64,000 bases of DNA from Hyalangium minutum (GCF_000737315.1 NZ_JMCB01000010.1:248001-312000); one strand, 5' to 3'. Counted from the stretch's first letter, positions 18,401 through 26,334 are shown. Translations and numbers: made by a program. Notes: a model not told the origin generated them from the letters alone.

Positions 18401-18778
18401 GTGACGGCACTGGAGCTGGCCGGCCTGGATTTGTGGGGTACCCAGCTGGTGGTGCTGTCCGCCTGCGACACGGGACGCGGGGACGTGAAGCTGGGCCAGG
18501 GCGTCTACGGGCTACGCCGTGCACTGGTGGTGGCCGGCGCCGAGACGGTCGTGATGAGCCTGTGGAAGGTGAGCGATGACACCACCCAGCAGCTCATGGA
18601 GGCCTACTACCGCAATTTGCTGGCAGGACAGGGCCGGGCCACCGCCCTGCGCGAGGCCATGCGCTGGCTGCGCGCCACCCGGCCCGAGCCCCACTCCTGG
18701 GCCCCCTTCATCGTGCTGGGTCGAGACAGACCTTTGCGCGGGCTGGCAGCCCCTCCTCCAGGGACACCGGCGCCGTAG
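15440..18778 (+). CDS. Secreted TPR-CHAT protein (about 11-12 42-aa TPR repeats + caspase-like CHAT peptidase)
   Basis: Repeats HP.VA.SLNNLA.LY..QG.Y..AEPLY.RAL.I.E..G; CHAT catalytic LHLATHGFF and VVLSACDTG, C-terminal SWAPFIVLG; N-terminal hydrophobic signal. Confidence 0.93.
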   Translation: MRQTLAWMAVVALCCATGAAAGEEPVDARLQEAQKVYDEAMTLYKAGKYPEAVAQGERALALREAALGGKHPGVADCLALLGIIHWTQGDFVQAEPLIQRGLEIREEVLGKNHPDVASSLNNLANLYMQKGLLDQAASLHERALTIRETALGKNHPSVAGSLNNLSNVYRAQGLFDRAEPLIRRSLAIKEASLGKNHPDVASSLNNLANLYLQQGLYAQAEPLYQRALAIREVAHGKDHPEVASALNNLANLYVKRGLYDRAEPLYLRALTLYEVAFDKHHPYVAQTLLYLATLYSDRGLYGRAEPLYLRAIAINEAALGKSHSTVANSIHNLANLYQHQGLYDRAEPLYLRAIAIEEELRGKDHPTVAIYLTSLSSLYQDQGLYDRVEPLQQRALAIKEASFGKDHPEFATSLANLADVYRAQRLYDRAEPLYLRALAIREAVFGKQHPFVADVLHPLANLYQEQGLLGRAEPLHQRALALRESILGKKHPDVATSLNDLALLRLAQDRLGVAVPLFTRAFAVSEQRLRHEALDFSEARLATFLQHLRADEERIYALLRAHPDNASVRRLALSAALLLKGRSVEETAGISRAVYRSLGSEDRDTFERLRGLRTQRAMLALKGPGQGPPTVYAQLKELAEQGDALEADLARRSAPLRALTALPAPAKVMDDVARALPKDGALIELISYLDQPLVPNPGTPEAQQPRQQRYLALALFPDATLRALDLGPAEPIDSAASSLRDALANRDITFQAKAQALYQLAFQPLLPLLGRTRRLFLSPDGQLALVPFAALHDGKQFLVESFDFTYLTSGKDLLPRSQETPPATSVVVLADPAFGAPAQGPAYATAEALAPAERSASLERFFSTPREDLVHRAWNVVPLPGTRQEAEAIQHLLPQAQLFLGPEATKERLMSLPSPGILHLATHGFFLQDAPVVPGTRAVVHFGAMGEDSAASRPPDPLLRSGLILAGARPSTPGASSSPQPPPENALVTALELAGLDLWGTQLVVLSACDTGRGDVKLGQGVYGLRRALVVAGAETVVMSLWKVSDDTTQQLMEAYYRNLLAGQGRATALREAMRWLRATRPEPHSWAPFIVLGRDRPLRGLAAPPPGTPAP

Positions 18779-18854
18779 TCCGTTAGACACGCCAGAGGGG
18801 CACGCTGAGGTCACTCCGGTCGAGCAGGTCATCTCATGGCCTTCCAGGAGACGC

Positions 18855-18900
18855 ATCTACGACGTCCGTCGTTGACATCTACGATGTTCGTCGTAACAAT
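18855..18900 (+). promoter_or_regulatory. Sigma70-type promoter overlapped by two BlaI-type operator palindromes
   Basis: TTGACA 18872-18877, 17-nt spacer, AACAAT 18895-18900; TACGA-N6-TCGTT (18858-18873) and TACGA-N6-TCGTA (18880-18895), 22 bp apart. Confidence 0.7.
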
Positions 18901-18906
18901 GAGACC

Positions 18907-19299
18907 ATGACACCCTCTCTCCCCCAGCCGACCCGGGCCGAGCTCGCCATCTTGCGAGTGCTCTGGAAGCAGGGCCGCTGCACAGTCCGACAGGTGCACG
19001 AGGCGCTGCAGAAGACACAAGAGTACGAGACCGTCTACACCACGGTGCTCAAGCTGCTGCAGAACATGACGGAGAAGGGCCTGGTCCGCCGCGACGAGCG
19101 CGAGCGCACCCACGTCTACGCGGCGGCCATCAACGAGCAGAAGACGCAGCGGGACTTGCTGCGCGACCTGGTGGACCGCGCCTTCGGCGGCTCCACGGCG
19201 AGCCTCGTCATCCAGGCCCTCTCCATCAAGAAGGCCTCGCCCGAGGAGCTCGAGGAGATCCGCAAGCTGCTGGACAAGAACGAAGGGGGGAAGAAATGA
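18907..19299 (+). CDS. BlaI/MecI/CopY family transcriptional repressor
   Basis: PTRAELAILRVLW..G..TVRQVHEAL..YTTVLKLLQNMTEKGLVRRD..RTHVY..FGGS..LV. Confidence 0.95.
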   Translation: MTPSLPQPTRAELAILRVLWKQGRCTVRQVHEALQKTQEYETVYTTVLKLLQNMTEKGLVRRDERERTHVYAAAINEQKTQRDLLRDLVDRAFGGSTASLVIQALSIKKASPEELEEIRKLLDKNEGGKK

Positions 19300-20546
19300 G
19301 TTCGCTGGAAGCGCTGTGGACGCACCCGGTGGCCGAGGCCCTGGGGTGCGCGCTGGCTCGGTTCGTGTGGCAGGGCGCGGCCGTCGCGCTGGCTGTGGGA
19401 GCGCTCCTGGCGTGCATGGGGCGCCGGCCCGCATACGAGCGCTATGCCCTGGCCTGCCTCGGGCTGCTGGTGATGGCCGTGCTTCCGGTGGCCTCGTTCA
19501 GCTCCGAGTTGGCGGGTGCGGCCTCCGGAGACTCCTCGGGGCCGGCAGCCCTGGGGGATGGTGCGGTCACCGGGGCTCTCTTGGCCCCCCTCGCCACCTG
19601 GGTCAAAGGCTGGCTGTGGACCTTGCGCCCCTGGCTGATGTCCGCGTGGCTGTGCGGCGTGCTGCTCCTGTCACTGCGCACGGCGTGGGCCTGGAGGCAG
19701 GCACAGGTGCTGGCCCGCGAAGGGACGCAGCAGCCTGAGGCCGAGGTGACGAGAGCGCTGGCGCGGATGATGGAGCGCACCCGGGTCAGCCGCCCCATGC
19801 GCCTGCTGGAGTCCATCGCGGTCGAGGTTCCCACGGTGGTGGGGCTGTGGAAGCCGCTCATCCTGGTGCCCCCCAGCACGTTGACGGGGCTCTCGGTGCC
19901 TCAGCTGGAGGCGGTGCTCGCGCACGAGTTGGCCCACATCCGCAGGCACGACTATCTGGTGAACCTGCTGCAGGCCCTGGTGGAGACGGTGCTGTTCTAC
20001 CACCCGGCGGTGTGGTGGCTGTCGGCGCGCATCCGCGAGGAGCGCGAGCACTGCGCGGATGACGTGGCCGTGGAGTGCTGTGGCGACGCGGTGATGTACT
20101 CGCGCGCGCTGGCCACCCTCGAGCAGCTCCGCGTGAGAGTCCCAGCCCCGGCCCTCGCGGCGAATGGCGGCTCCCTGCTGCAGCGCATCCAGCGGTTGCT
20201 CGCGGCGCCGCGGGGTGGCGCTCCCCTTCACCCCTGGAGGCTCGCGGGCAGTCTGGCCGCGCTGATGCTCCTCGTGGTGCTGGGAACCGCGCGGCAGTCC
20301 CAGGCGACCGGAGCTCCCTCGCAGTCCCCTGCCCCGGAGGCAGCGGCTGCTGCCACTCCTGCGGCTGCCACTCCTGCTCCTGCCACGCATGGTGAGGAGG
20401 CCGTCCCCTTCAACAAGCTCATGACGTGGCCAGAGCAGCGCTTCGGGGACGCTCCACAGTTCCCCGGCCCGGTGCTGCCCGCTCAGGAGCCCGCCGGTTC
20501 CGTTCCCCCGGATTACTTCTTCATGACAGAGCAACCTTCCTGCTGA
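19296..20546 (+). CDS. M56 family (BlaR1-like) membrane metallopeptidase; C-terminal sensor apparently truncated
   Basis: LAHELAHIRRHD (HExxH), LFYHPAVWW, REHCADD; ATGA overlap with blaI; Ala/Pro linker followed by a short TonB-C-like start. Confidence 0.9.
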   Translation: MSSLEALWTHPVAEALGCALARFVWQGAAVALAVGALLACMGRRPAYERYALACLGLLVMAVLPVASFSSELAGAASGDSSGPAALGDGAVTGALLAPLATWVKGWLWTLRPWLMSAWLCGVLLLSLRTAWAWRQAQVLAREGTQQPEAEVTRALARMMERTRVSRPMRLLESIAVEVPTVVGLWKPLILVPPSTLTGLSVPQLEAVLAHELAHIRRHDYLVNLLQALVETVLFYHPAVWWLSARIREEREHCADDVAVECCGDAVMYSRALATLEQLRVRVPAPALAANGGSLLQRIQRLLAAPRGGAPLHPWRLAGSLAALMLLVVLGTARQSQATGAPSQSPAPEAAAAATPAAATPAPATHGEEAVPFNKLMTWPEQRFGDAPQFPGPVLPAQEPAGSVPPDYFFMTEQPSC

Positions 20547-20579
20547 CAGCACCCGCAGGCTCCGTGAGGCACGTCCGGC

Positions 20580-20755
20580 TCAGCCACCCTTCTTGGCCTT
20601 CCCTTTCTCCGTGGGGTGGCTCTTGCCGTAGGTGACGGAGTCTCCGTGCCGGTTGCTGTCGTCGAAGTGCATGACGTCTCCCGAGGCGCCCGGGAAGTCC
20701 GTCGCGCCCCAGCGGAGGCCTTCGCCCTGCAGCGACTCCGCCACCCGCGAAGAAG
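20580..20755 (-). pseudogene. C-terminal fragment of an M15-like (VanY/CwlK type) peptidase
   Basis: Frame ..LQGEGLRWGATDFPGASGDVMHFD..* carries the W-G...D-x-x-H-F zinc motif; no start. Confidence 0.5.
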
Positions 20756-21223
20756 GGGTACCGCACGGCGGTGGTGACGGACTACGCGGGGGACCACTTC
20801 TCGCGGTTCGACTACGGGTTCCAGGAGGTGTCCGCGCCGGACTTCCGCTTCCCGGACCTGGTGCGGCAGCGGATGCTCATCACGCACGTGGCGCTCCTGC
20901 CGTGGACGGGGCTGGTGCCGGGGTGGTTCAAGGAGCAGGGGGAGTTCCCGGAGCTGACGGACCCGGGGCCGCTGTGGGCGCGGGTGAAGCGGACGTTGGC
21001 GGGGCTGCCGGAGGACCGGCCGTTCGCGCTGGTGGTGTTCGCGTCACCGACGCACTTCCCGTACGCCGCGCCGTGGCCGGTGGAAGTTGTTGGAGCTTCC
21101 GACGCCAGAGGGGGTGCGGGTGCAGCTGTTCGACGTGACGGCGGATCCGGCGGAGCAACGGGACGTGGCGGAGCAGCCCCCAACGTGGTGGCCACGCTGC
21201 GGGCGAGGCTGGCGGCGGAGTAG
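20756..21223 (+). pseudogene. Sulfatase-family fragment with internal deletion
   Basis: GYRTAVVTDY..; RPFALVVFASPTHFPY; then jumps to QLFDVTADPAEQRDVA..VATLRARL*. Confidence 0.6.
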
Positions 21224-21287
21224 CCAGACACCCATCGGAAGGCCCCTGGCACCCTGGCACCCTGACGCAGGAGCGCGAAAACAACAC

Positions 21288-21315
21288 GGCCCGCTCCTCA
21301 GTCGAGGAGCGGGCC
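21288..21315 (-). terminator. Intrinsic terminator downstream of the ricin-lectin gene
   Basis: 12-bp perfect stem GGCCCGCTCCTC/GAGGAGCGGGCC, 4-nt loop, followed on the minus strand by GTGTTGTTTTC. Confidence 0.75.
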
Positions 21316-21348
21316 GAAGGCTCGCATCGCGGAGCGGGTCAAACCCTA

Positions 21349-21906
21349 TCAGTTGACCGGCTCGAACCTCCACAACTGGCTTTGAACGCCCGGCACGAAC
21401 TGCCACTGATGGATATACGCTCCATTGCCCGTCGAGTTGAACTCGACGTCGATGTCCCGATAGGTGAGCAGGTTCGTGATGCGATAGGGCGGCGTCGCGG
21501 TATTGTAATCAAAAGCGATGCGCCAGAGCTGCTGGGGCGGCCGATCCACGTTGAAATACATCTGCCAGATCTTCGCGCCATTGTCGCGCGCCGCCGGCTC
21601 CAGCGCCTTGCCGCTGTTATAATTGATGATCTGATACCCGGCGGTCGAACTGCCCCAAAGATACCACTTCTGGCTCGCCAAACCCAGATACTCCCACTGC
21701 ACAAGCCGGATGGTTGCCTCCTTGGAATTGAATGAAACGTCCAGGACCTTCCCGCTGTTGACGTTCACGATCTTGTAGAGATGGGTCGGCCCCGTCTCGA
21801 GAGGAGGCACCGACTGCGCATACGCATCCGAGGCAAGTCCCAGGACGGCACCGACGAGCAGCACTGAGCACAGCGCCATCGCCTTCATCCATTGCGTCTT
21901 CTTCAT
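21349..21906 (-). CDS. Secreted ricin B-type (beta-trefoil) lectin domain protein
   Basis: Signal peptide ..DAYA; three QxW subdomains (NSGKVLDV..SQKW; NSGKALE..QQLW; DIDV..SQLW). Confidence 0.9.
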   Translation of the reverse strand: MKKTQWMKAMALCSVLLVGAVLGLASDAYAQSVPPLETGPTHLYKIVNVNSGKVLDVSFNSKEATIRLVQWEYLGLASQKWYLWGSSTAGYQIINYNSGKALEPAARDNGAKIWQMYFNVDRPPQQLWRIAFDYNTATPPYRITNLLTYRDIDVEFNSTGNGAYIHQWQFVPGVQSQLWRFEPVN

Positions 21907-22084
21907 GGCAACGCTCTTTTCGAGCCCCCACTCCTTCCGCTGGAAGGGGGGCTTCTTTCCCAATGAGGGGCCAGATTGCCCCTTGGACGGGATGAGCCGG
22001 CGCGCCAGAAAATGATGCACGGAATCCTCACTTCGAGGAGAAATCCCCCGAGCTGTCGGCGCATGTCGGTTCCGACCCACCTCG

Positions 22085-22625
22085 CCCTGGAGCCGGTGGC
22101 ATCCGCGGTCGCATCCAGCGCTCCCTCAAGCGGGGGCGGAGCCGGGGCTTACGGAGAAGAGCCCCGCCTTTGCCGCGAAGGTGGAGGAGCCGAGGAAGGA
22201 GCGCACACCCCGTTTGGACTGGGCCGGGCTGCTTCGCAGGACGTTCGCCCTGGATGTGTTCGCGTGCTTGAGGTGGGGAGGCAGGCTTCAGGGTCTTGGC
22301 GTACGTGAAGGCAGCAGGAGGGGCGCGCGCGATTGTGAAGCACCTGGGGTTGCCCACGGCGAGTGCGCACCTGGCCGATGCGCGAGGGCCGCCCCAGAGC
22401 GCGGGGTGTTGAAGCTCAAGCCGCCCCAGCCCGCCAAGAGAGCCAGGCCTCTGCCGCGCCCCTGCTGGGAAAGCGGCTGGGCTGGGCAGGCGTGTGTCTG
22501 CTGGAGATGAAAGGCTTCTGCGCCGGCTCGGCGTGCGGCTCATGGGCTCCCCGTCAGCGTCCCTCACCTCCTGTTCTGCTCCCGCCCGCTACGCCCAAGA
22601 GGGCTCCTGTCCTTCCTATGCTCCG
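22085..22625 (+). mobile_element. IS91-family remnant: frameshifted transposase C-terminus plus right (ori) end
   Basis: KERTPRLDWAGLLRRTFALDVFAC..GG and, in a shifted frame, VLAYVKAAGGARAIVKHLGLPTASAHLADARGPPQSAGC*; end motif CTGTCCTTCCTATGC near 22607-22621. Confidence 0.8.
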
Positions 22626-22890
22626 TCGTGCGGGCGATGCGAGCCAGCTGATGGAGCCTGGGCAATAGCAGACGGGTATCACCCCTCCAGCGCTTCGAAT
22701 CGCGATCCACAGGAACCGCGTTTTCGAAGAGGCACGATTTCGACGAGTGTCTGAAAAGGCCGCAAAACCGCGATGCCAGCAAGTAGCCGGAATTTGGACC
22801 CAGCGCTTCAGAGCAACTGAGCCGGCAAAGCGGATTTCGTGACGCCCGAACGGATGTCGGCTTTCGAGCGATTGCGGATATCCGGGCTAA

Positions 22891-23789
22891 GAGCCTATTT
22901 CGGTAGGGAAGAAAGCGCCCTACCTGATGGGTTAGAGGGTGAAGGAGGAAGTGTCGAGTGGGAGTATCCAAGAGGGATGACGGTTGAAGGATGCCGGAAG
23001 AGCTATGGGCGAAGATAGAGCCTCTGCTGCCGCCCAGGCCCGCGCATCCGCTGGGGTGCCATAACCCGAGGGTGCCGGACAGGTCGGCCATGGAAGCCAT
23101 CCTGCTGGTACTGCGCACGGGGATGCAGTGGCAGGCGCTGAAAGCCACCGGCATCTGCCACCCGTCCTCGGCCTACCGCAGGTTCCGCGAGTGGCTGAGG
23201 GCCGGAGTCTTTCACGCGTTCTGGCGCCTGGGGTTGGAGGCGTACGACGCTCTGGTGGGCATCGACTGGCAGTGGATGAGTGTGGACGGGGCGATGACCA
23301 AGGCGCCGCTGGGAGGCGAACAAGTCGGCCCCAACCCCACCGACCGCGCCAAGACGGGCACCAAGCGGAGCCTGCTGACGGATGGGCGCGGTGTGCCGCT
23401 GGGACTGGTGGTGGCAGGCGCCAACGTCAACGACCACAAATTGCTGCCTTCCACGTTCGACTCGATGCCGGTCAAGCGTCCCTCTCCTGAGCCACGCTCC
23501 GCCCAGCACCTGTGCTTGGATGCCGCCTACGACTGCAACGAGGTGCGGCGCTGGGGAGACAAGTTCCGCCTGCGCCTGCACATCCGTCCGCGTCGTCCCC
23601 CTGCCAAGCCTCCGAAGAAGAGCCGCCGCAAGAAAGCGCGCCGCTGGGTCGTGGAACGCTCCCACTCGTGGATGAACCGCTTCCGACGGGTCCTCATCCG
23701 CTGGGAGAAACGCGAAGACACCTACTTGGCCATGCTCCACTTGGCCCTGGGCATCATCACTTGGTTCCACTTCCTACTGAGATAGGCAC
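22891..23789 (+). mobile_element. IS5-family (IS1031-like) insertion sequence, 899 bp
   Basis: IRs GAGCCTATTTCGGTAG (22891-22906) and CTACTGAGATAGGCAC (23774-23789), 13/16 match; TAA duplicated at 22888-22890 and 23790-23792. Confidence 0.9.
22991..23785 (+). CDS. IS5-family DDE transposase
   Basis: LRTGMQWQAL, SAYRRFREW, SVDG, GTKRSLLTDGRGVPL, LCLDAAYD, RWVVERSHSWMNRFRR..IRWEK. Confidence 0.92.
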   Translation: MPEELWAKIEPLLPPRPAHPLGCHNPRVPDRSAMEAILLVLRTGMQWQALKATGICHPSSAYRRFREWLRAGVFHAFWRLGLEAYDALVGIDWQWMSVDGAMTKAPLGGEQVGPNPTDRAKTGTKRSLLTDGRGVPLGLVVAGANVNDHKLLPSTFDSMPVKRPSPEPRSAQHLCLDAAYDCNEVRRWGDKFRLRLHIRPRRPPAKPPKKSRRKKARRWVVERSHSWMNRFRRVLIRWEKREDTYLAMLHLALGIITWFHFLLR

Positions 23790-23891
23790 TAAGCCACGGA
23801 CGGCTTCGAACGCCCGGGTCTTGCTGTCGTGGTCGTTCGGGCGCATGCTGAAAAGGCGGAAACGCGAGCGCCAGAAAGCAAGGGAAAGCCG

Positions 23892-24416
23892 ATGGCGACA
23901 TCACTCTACGACCTCAGCGTGCCCACCTTCCTGCAGACCGTGAGGGCCGTCGCAGGCTTTCTCGACCGTGCGGCCAAGCACTGCGCTGAGACGGGTGTTG
24001 ATCCCGACGACTTCGTGAACGCGCGCCTTTTCGACGACATGGCGCCCTTCCACTTTCAAGTCGAAGCCACATGGCACCATTCCGTGTGGGGGGTGGAAGC
24101 CCTTAAGACCGGTGTGTTCGCCCCGCCGGCCTTAGTCGGACCGGTCCCTTTCGCCGACCTGCAGGCGATGATCGGCAAAGCGGAAGTGGCGCTGGAGGCG
24201 TTCACGCCCGACGAGGTCGATCCATGCGCGGGCAAGGACCTGGACCTTCAGATCGGGCCGCGGAGGCTCGCCTTCACGTCGGAGACGTTCATTCTCTCGT
24301 TTTCCCTGCCGAACTTCCATTTCCACGCCGTCACTGCCTACGACATCCTCCGCTCGCGCGGTGTACCGCTCGGCAAGCGTGATTACGAAGGCCGGCTGCG
24401 CACGAGATCAGCCTAA
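23892..24416 (+). CDS. DUF1993 family protein
   Basis: MATSLYDLSVPTF.Q....L..FL.RA, ARL..DM.PF.FQV, FILSFSLPNFHFHAVTAYDILR..GVPLGKRDY. Confidence 0.88.
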   Translation: MATSLYDLSVPTFLQTVRAVAGFLDRAAKHCAETGVDPDDFVNARLFDDMAPFHFQVEATWHHSVWGVEALKTGVFAPPALVGPVPFADLQAMIGKAEVALEAFTPDEVDPCAGKDLDLQIGPRRLAFTSETFILSFSLPNFHFHAVTAYDILRSRGVPLGKRDYEGRLRTRSA

Positions 24417-24583
24417 GCCGGAAATTCGTTGTGGAGGCAGGCGGCGGGTGAAGGCGGTGGTGCGCAACGAGAAGGGCAAGGCGGTGATGGACTTCAAGGG
24501 CATCCCCGTGGACCAGTTGGAACTGCTGGCCGAGGCGCTCTTGGTGAAGCCGCCGGTGTCCTGATGCCGCGCCATTGAACCCA

Positions 24584-24627
24584 AGCCCCACGCTCCTGCA
24601 CTGAGGGACGCGGGGCTGTTTCTTTAA
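24584..24627 (+). terminator. Probable intrinsic terminator
   Basis: AGCCCC..GCTCC / GGA.CGC.GGGGCT imperfect stem followed by GTTTCTTT. Confidence 0.5.
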
Positions 24628-24711
24628 GACGGAGCCGCTCCAAGGTGCTTCCGTCGTGGTCACCCGCATCCCCGTTGGCTATCTTCCGCCGAAACCCTAG
24701 GAGTAGAGAAC

Positions 24712-25347
24712 ATGACTCACTTCTTTCGCAGTGCCCTGCTGTGCTCCCTGTTGGTGGTGATCGGCTGCAAGACCGCGGAGACCGGCACCCAGCCCACGCC
24801 TCCTCCGGCGGCACCGTCCGTCACCGAGGCCTGTAACGATCAGCAGAAGGCCATCTCGCAGGAGGCCGACAAGCTGGCGAGCCCGTACAGCATCGACCAG
24901 CACGTCGAGAAGAACTTCCAGGACCGGCAGGTGTCGTGGCTGATGCCGGACGCGCTCTACCAGAAGTACGTCGTGCAGACGGGGGCGAAGAACTTCGGCC
25001 GGTGTAATGACGCGGCCTGCTACCTGTTCGCCGCGCCCACGAAGGTCATCCAGGATGCGGTGGCCCGGTCCATGGTGGACGGCAAGCATGACCCGGCGGT
25101 GATCGGCAGCGCGCTCGGGCTGCCCGCCAAGAACTTCGAGGGCCCGCTGAAGCTGATGACGCTGAACCTGGCCACCACGAAGACGTGCGCTCGCCTGCCG
25201 GTGGATGCGGATCCGGGCGTGTGGAAGTGCACGAGCCCCGAGGACAAGGACTGCTTCAAGTTCGGTGGCTACACCTCCGGCAACATCCCGGAGATCATGG
25301 TCATCAACGCCACGGTCGATCAGGCCACGGTCGCGGACATCCCGTGA
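24712..25347 (+). CDS. Lipoprotein with putative toxin-like C-terminal domain
   Basis: Lipobox VIGC, Pro-rich linker, several Cys, C-terminal ALGLP...ARLP...GGYTSGNIPE. Confidence 0.75.
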   Translation: MTHFFRSALLCSLLVVIGCKTAETGTQPTPPPAAPSVTEACNDQQKAISQEADKLASPYSIDQHVEKNFQDRQVSWLMPDALYQKYVVQTGAKNFGRCNDAACYLFAAPTKVIQDAVARSMVDGKHDPAVIGSALGLPAKNFEGPLKLMTLNLATTKTCARLPVDADPGVWKCTSPEDKDCFKFGGYTSGNIPEIMVINATVDQATVADIP

Positions 25348-25580
25348 GTGGTGAGGAGGAGCTCTTCCGGAGCGGCGCGTGGATGTACCGGCTGCTGCGG
25401 GCTGCCGATGGCACGTTGATCCTCGAGGTCGTGGTGGGCACCATCGCCATGTACGAGGTGCGCGTGCGCCTCAACGAGGACGAGGCGGCGGCCTACGCCC
25501 GGGAGGGCACCGCCTTCACTGACCGCATGGCGCAGGACATCATCGCCAACCCTCGCTTCCATGGGCGTGCGGAACGGTGA
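25344..25580 (+). CDS. Small hypothetical protein (78 aa), candidate immunity protein
   Basis: GTGA overlap with the stop of the upstream lipoprotein gene; MSGEEELFRSGAWMYRLL..; myxobacterial codon usage. Confidence 0.6.
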   Translation: MSGEEELFRSGAWMYRLLRAADGTLILEVVVGTIAMYEVRVRLNEDEAAAYAREGTAFTDRMAQDIIANPRFHGRAER

Positions 25581-25629
25581 GCTCCGAGCCCGGGGGACCG
25601 CTCAGCGGCCCCTCGGGCGTGCACCGTCA

Positions 25630-25696
25630 ACCGCAGGCGATGTTCACCACCGGCGCCACGCTGCCTGTCGACGGCGGCTGGGTCTTCCGGTCCTGA
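25630..25696 (+). pseudogene. C-terminal fragment of an SDR oxidoreductase
   Basis: ..AMFTTGATLPVDGGWVFRS* is the typical SDR terminal motif, with no upstream gene. Confidence 0.45.
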
Positions 25697-25710
25697 TATG
25701 AGCAGTGCCC

Positions 25711-26097
25711 ATGCGAATCCTGCACACCATGTTGCGCGTGGGAGACCTCGATCGCTCTCTCGACTTCTACACCCGGGTGCTCGGCATGAAGCTGCTGCGG
25801 CGCAAGGACTACCCCGACGGGAAGTTCACCCTGGCCTTCGTGGGGTACGGCCCTGAGGAGACCCACCCCGCCCTGGAGCTCACCCACAATTGGGGTACCT
25901 CGAAGTACGATCTCGGCAACGCCTACGGCCACGTCGCCCTCGGCGTGACGGACATCCACGCCACCTGTGAGGCCATCCGCCAGGCCGGTGGCAAGATCGT
26001 TCGCGAGCCAGGGCCCATGAAGCATGGCACCACGGTCATCGCCTTCATCGAGGACCCGGATGGCTACCGGGTGGAGCTCATCGAACAGCGCCCCTGA
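25711..26097 (+). CDS. gloA: Lactoylglutathione lyase (glyoxalase I)
   Basis: [68 protein letters not shown]. Confidence 0.96.
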   Translation: MRILHTMLRVGDLDRSLDFYTRVLGMKLLRRKDYPDGKFTLAFVGYGPEETHPALELTHNWGTSKYDLGNAYGHVALGVTDIHATCEAIRQAGGKIVREPGPMKHGTTVIAFIEDPDGYRVELIEQRP

Positions 26098-26214
26098 GTA
26101 CTCGCAGCCAGGAACCTCCCTGGGCCGATCCGCCACACGTCAGGTCCCCTCTACCTCCACCTGGCTGGGAGCTTCTGCCCGTGTTACGCCCTGCCTCCCC
26201 AGAGGGAGTGACGC

Positions 26215-26334
26215 ATGAAAGCCATCTCAGCCATCTTGGAGATGATCAGCGAGGGGGAGTATGGCCTCCTCGCGGTGTTCATCGCCGTCGCAGTCGTGGT
26301 GGGGATCGTGAAGGCCGTGGCGTCGAAGCAGTAG
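26215..26334 (+). CDS. Small single-pass membrane protein (39 aa), absent from the ORF track
   Basis: GAGGGAG RBS, ATG 26215, MKAISAILEMISEGEYGLLAVFIAVAVVVGIVKAVASKQ*. Confidence 0.5.
   Translation: MKAISAILEMISEGEYGLLAVFIAVAVVVGIVKAVASKQ

Noticed and set aside
24445-24564. Short protein-like tail RVKAVVRNEKGKAVMDFKGIPVDQLELLAEALL
   Set aside because: No start and no recognisable family; too little to call beyond a probable fragment.
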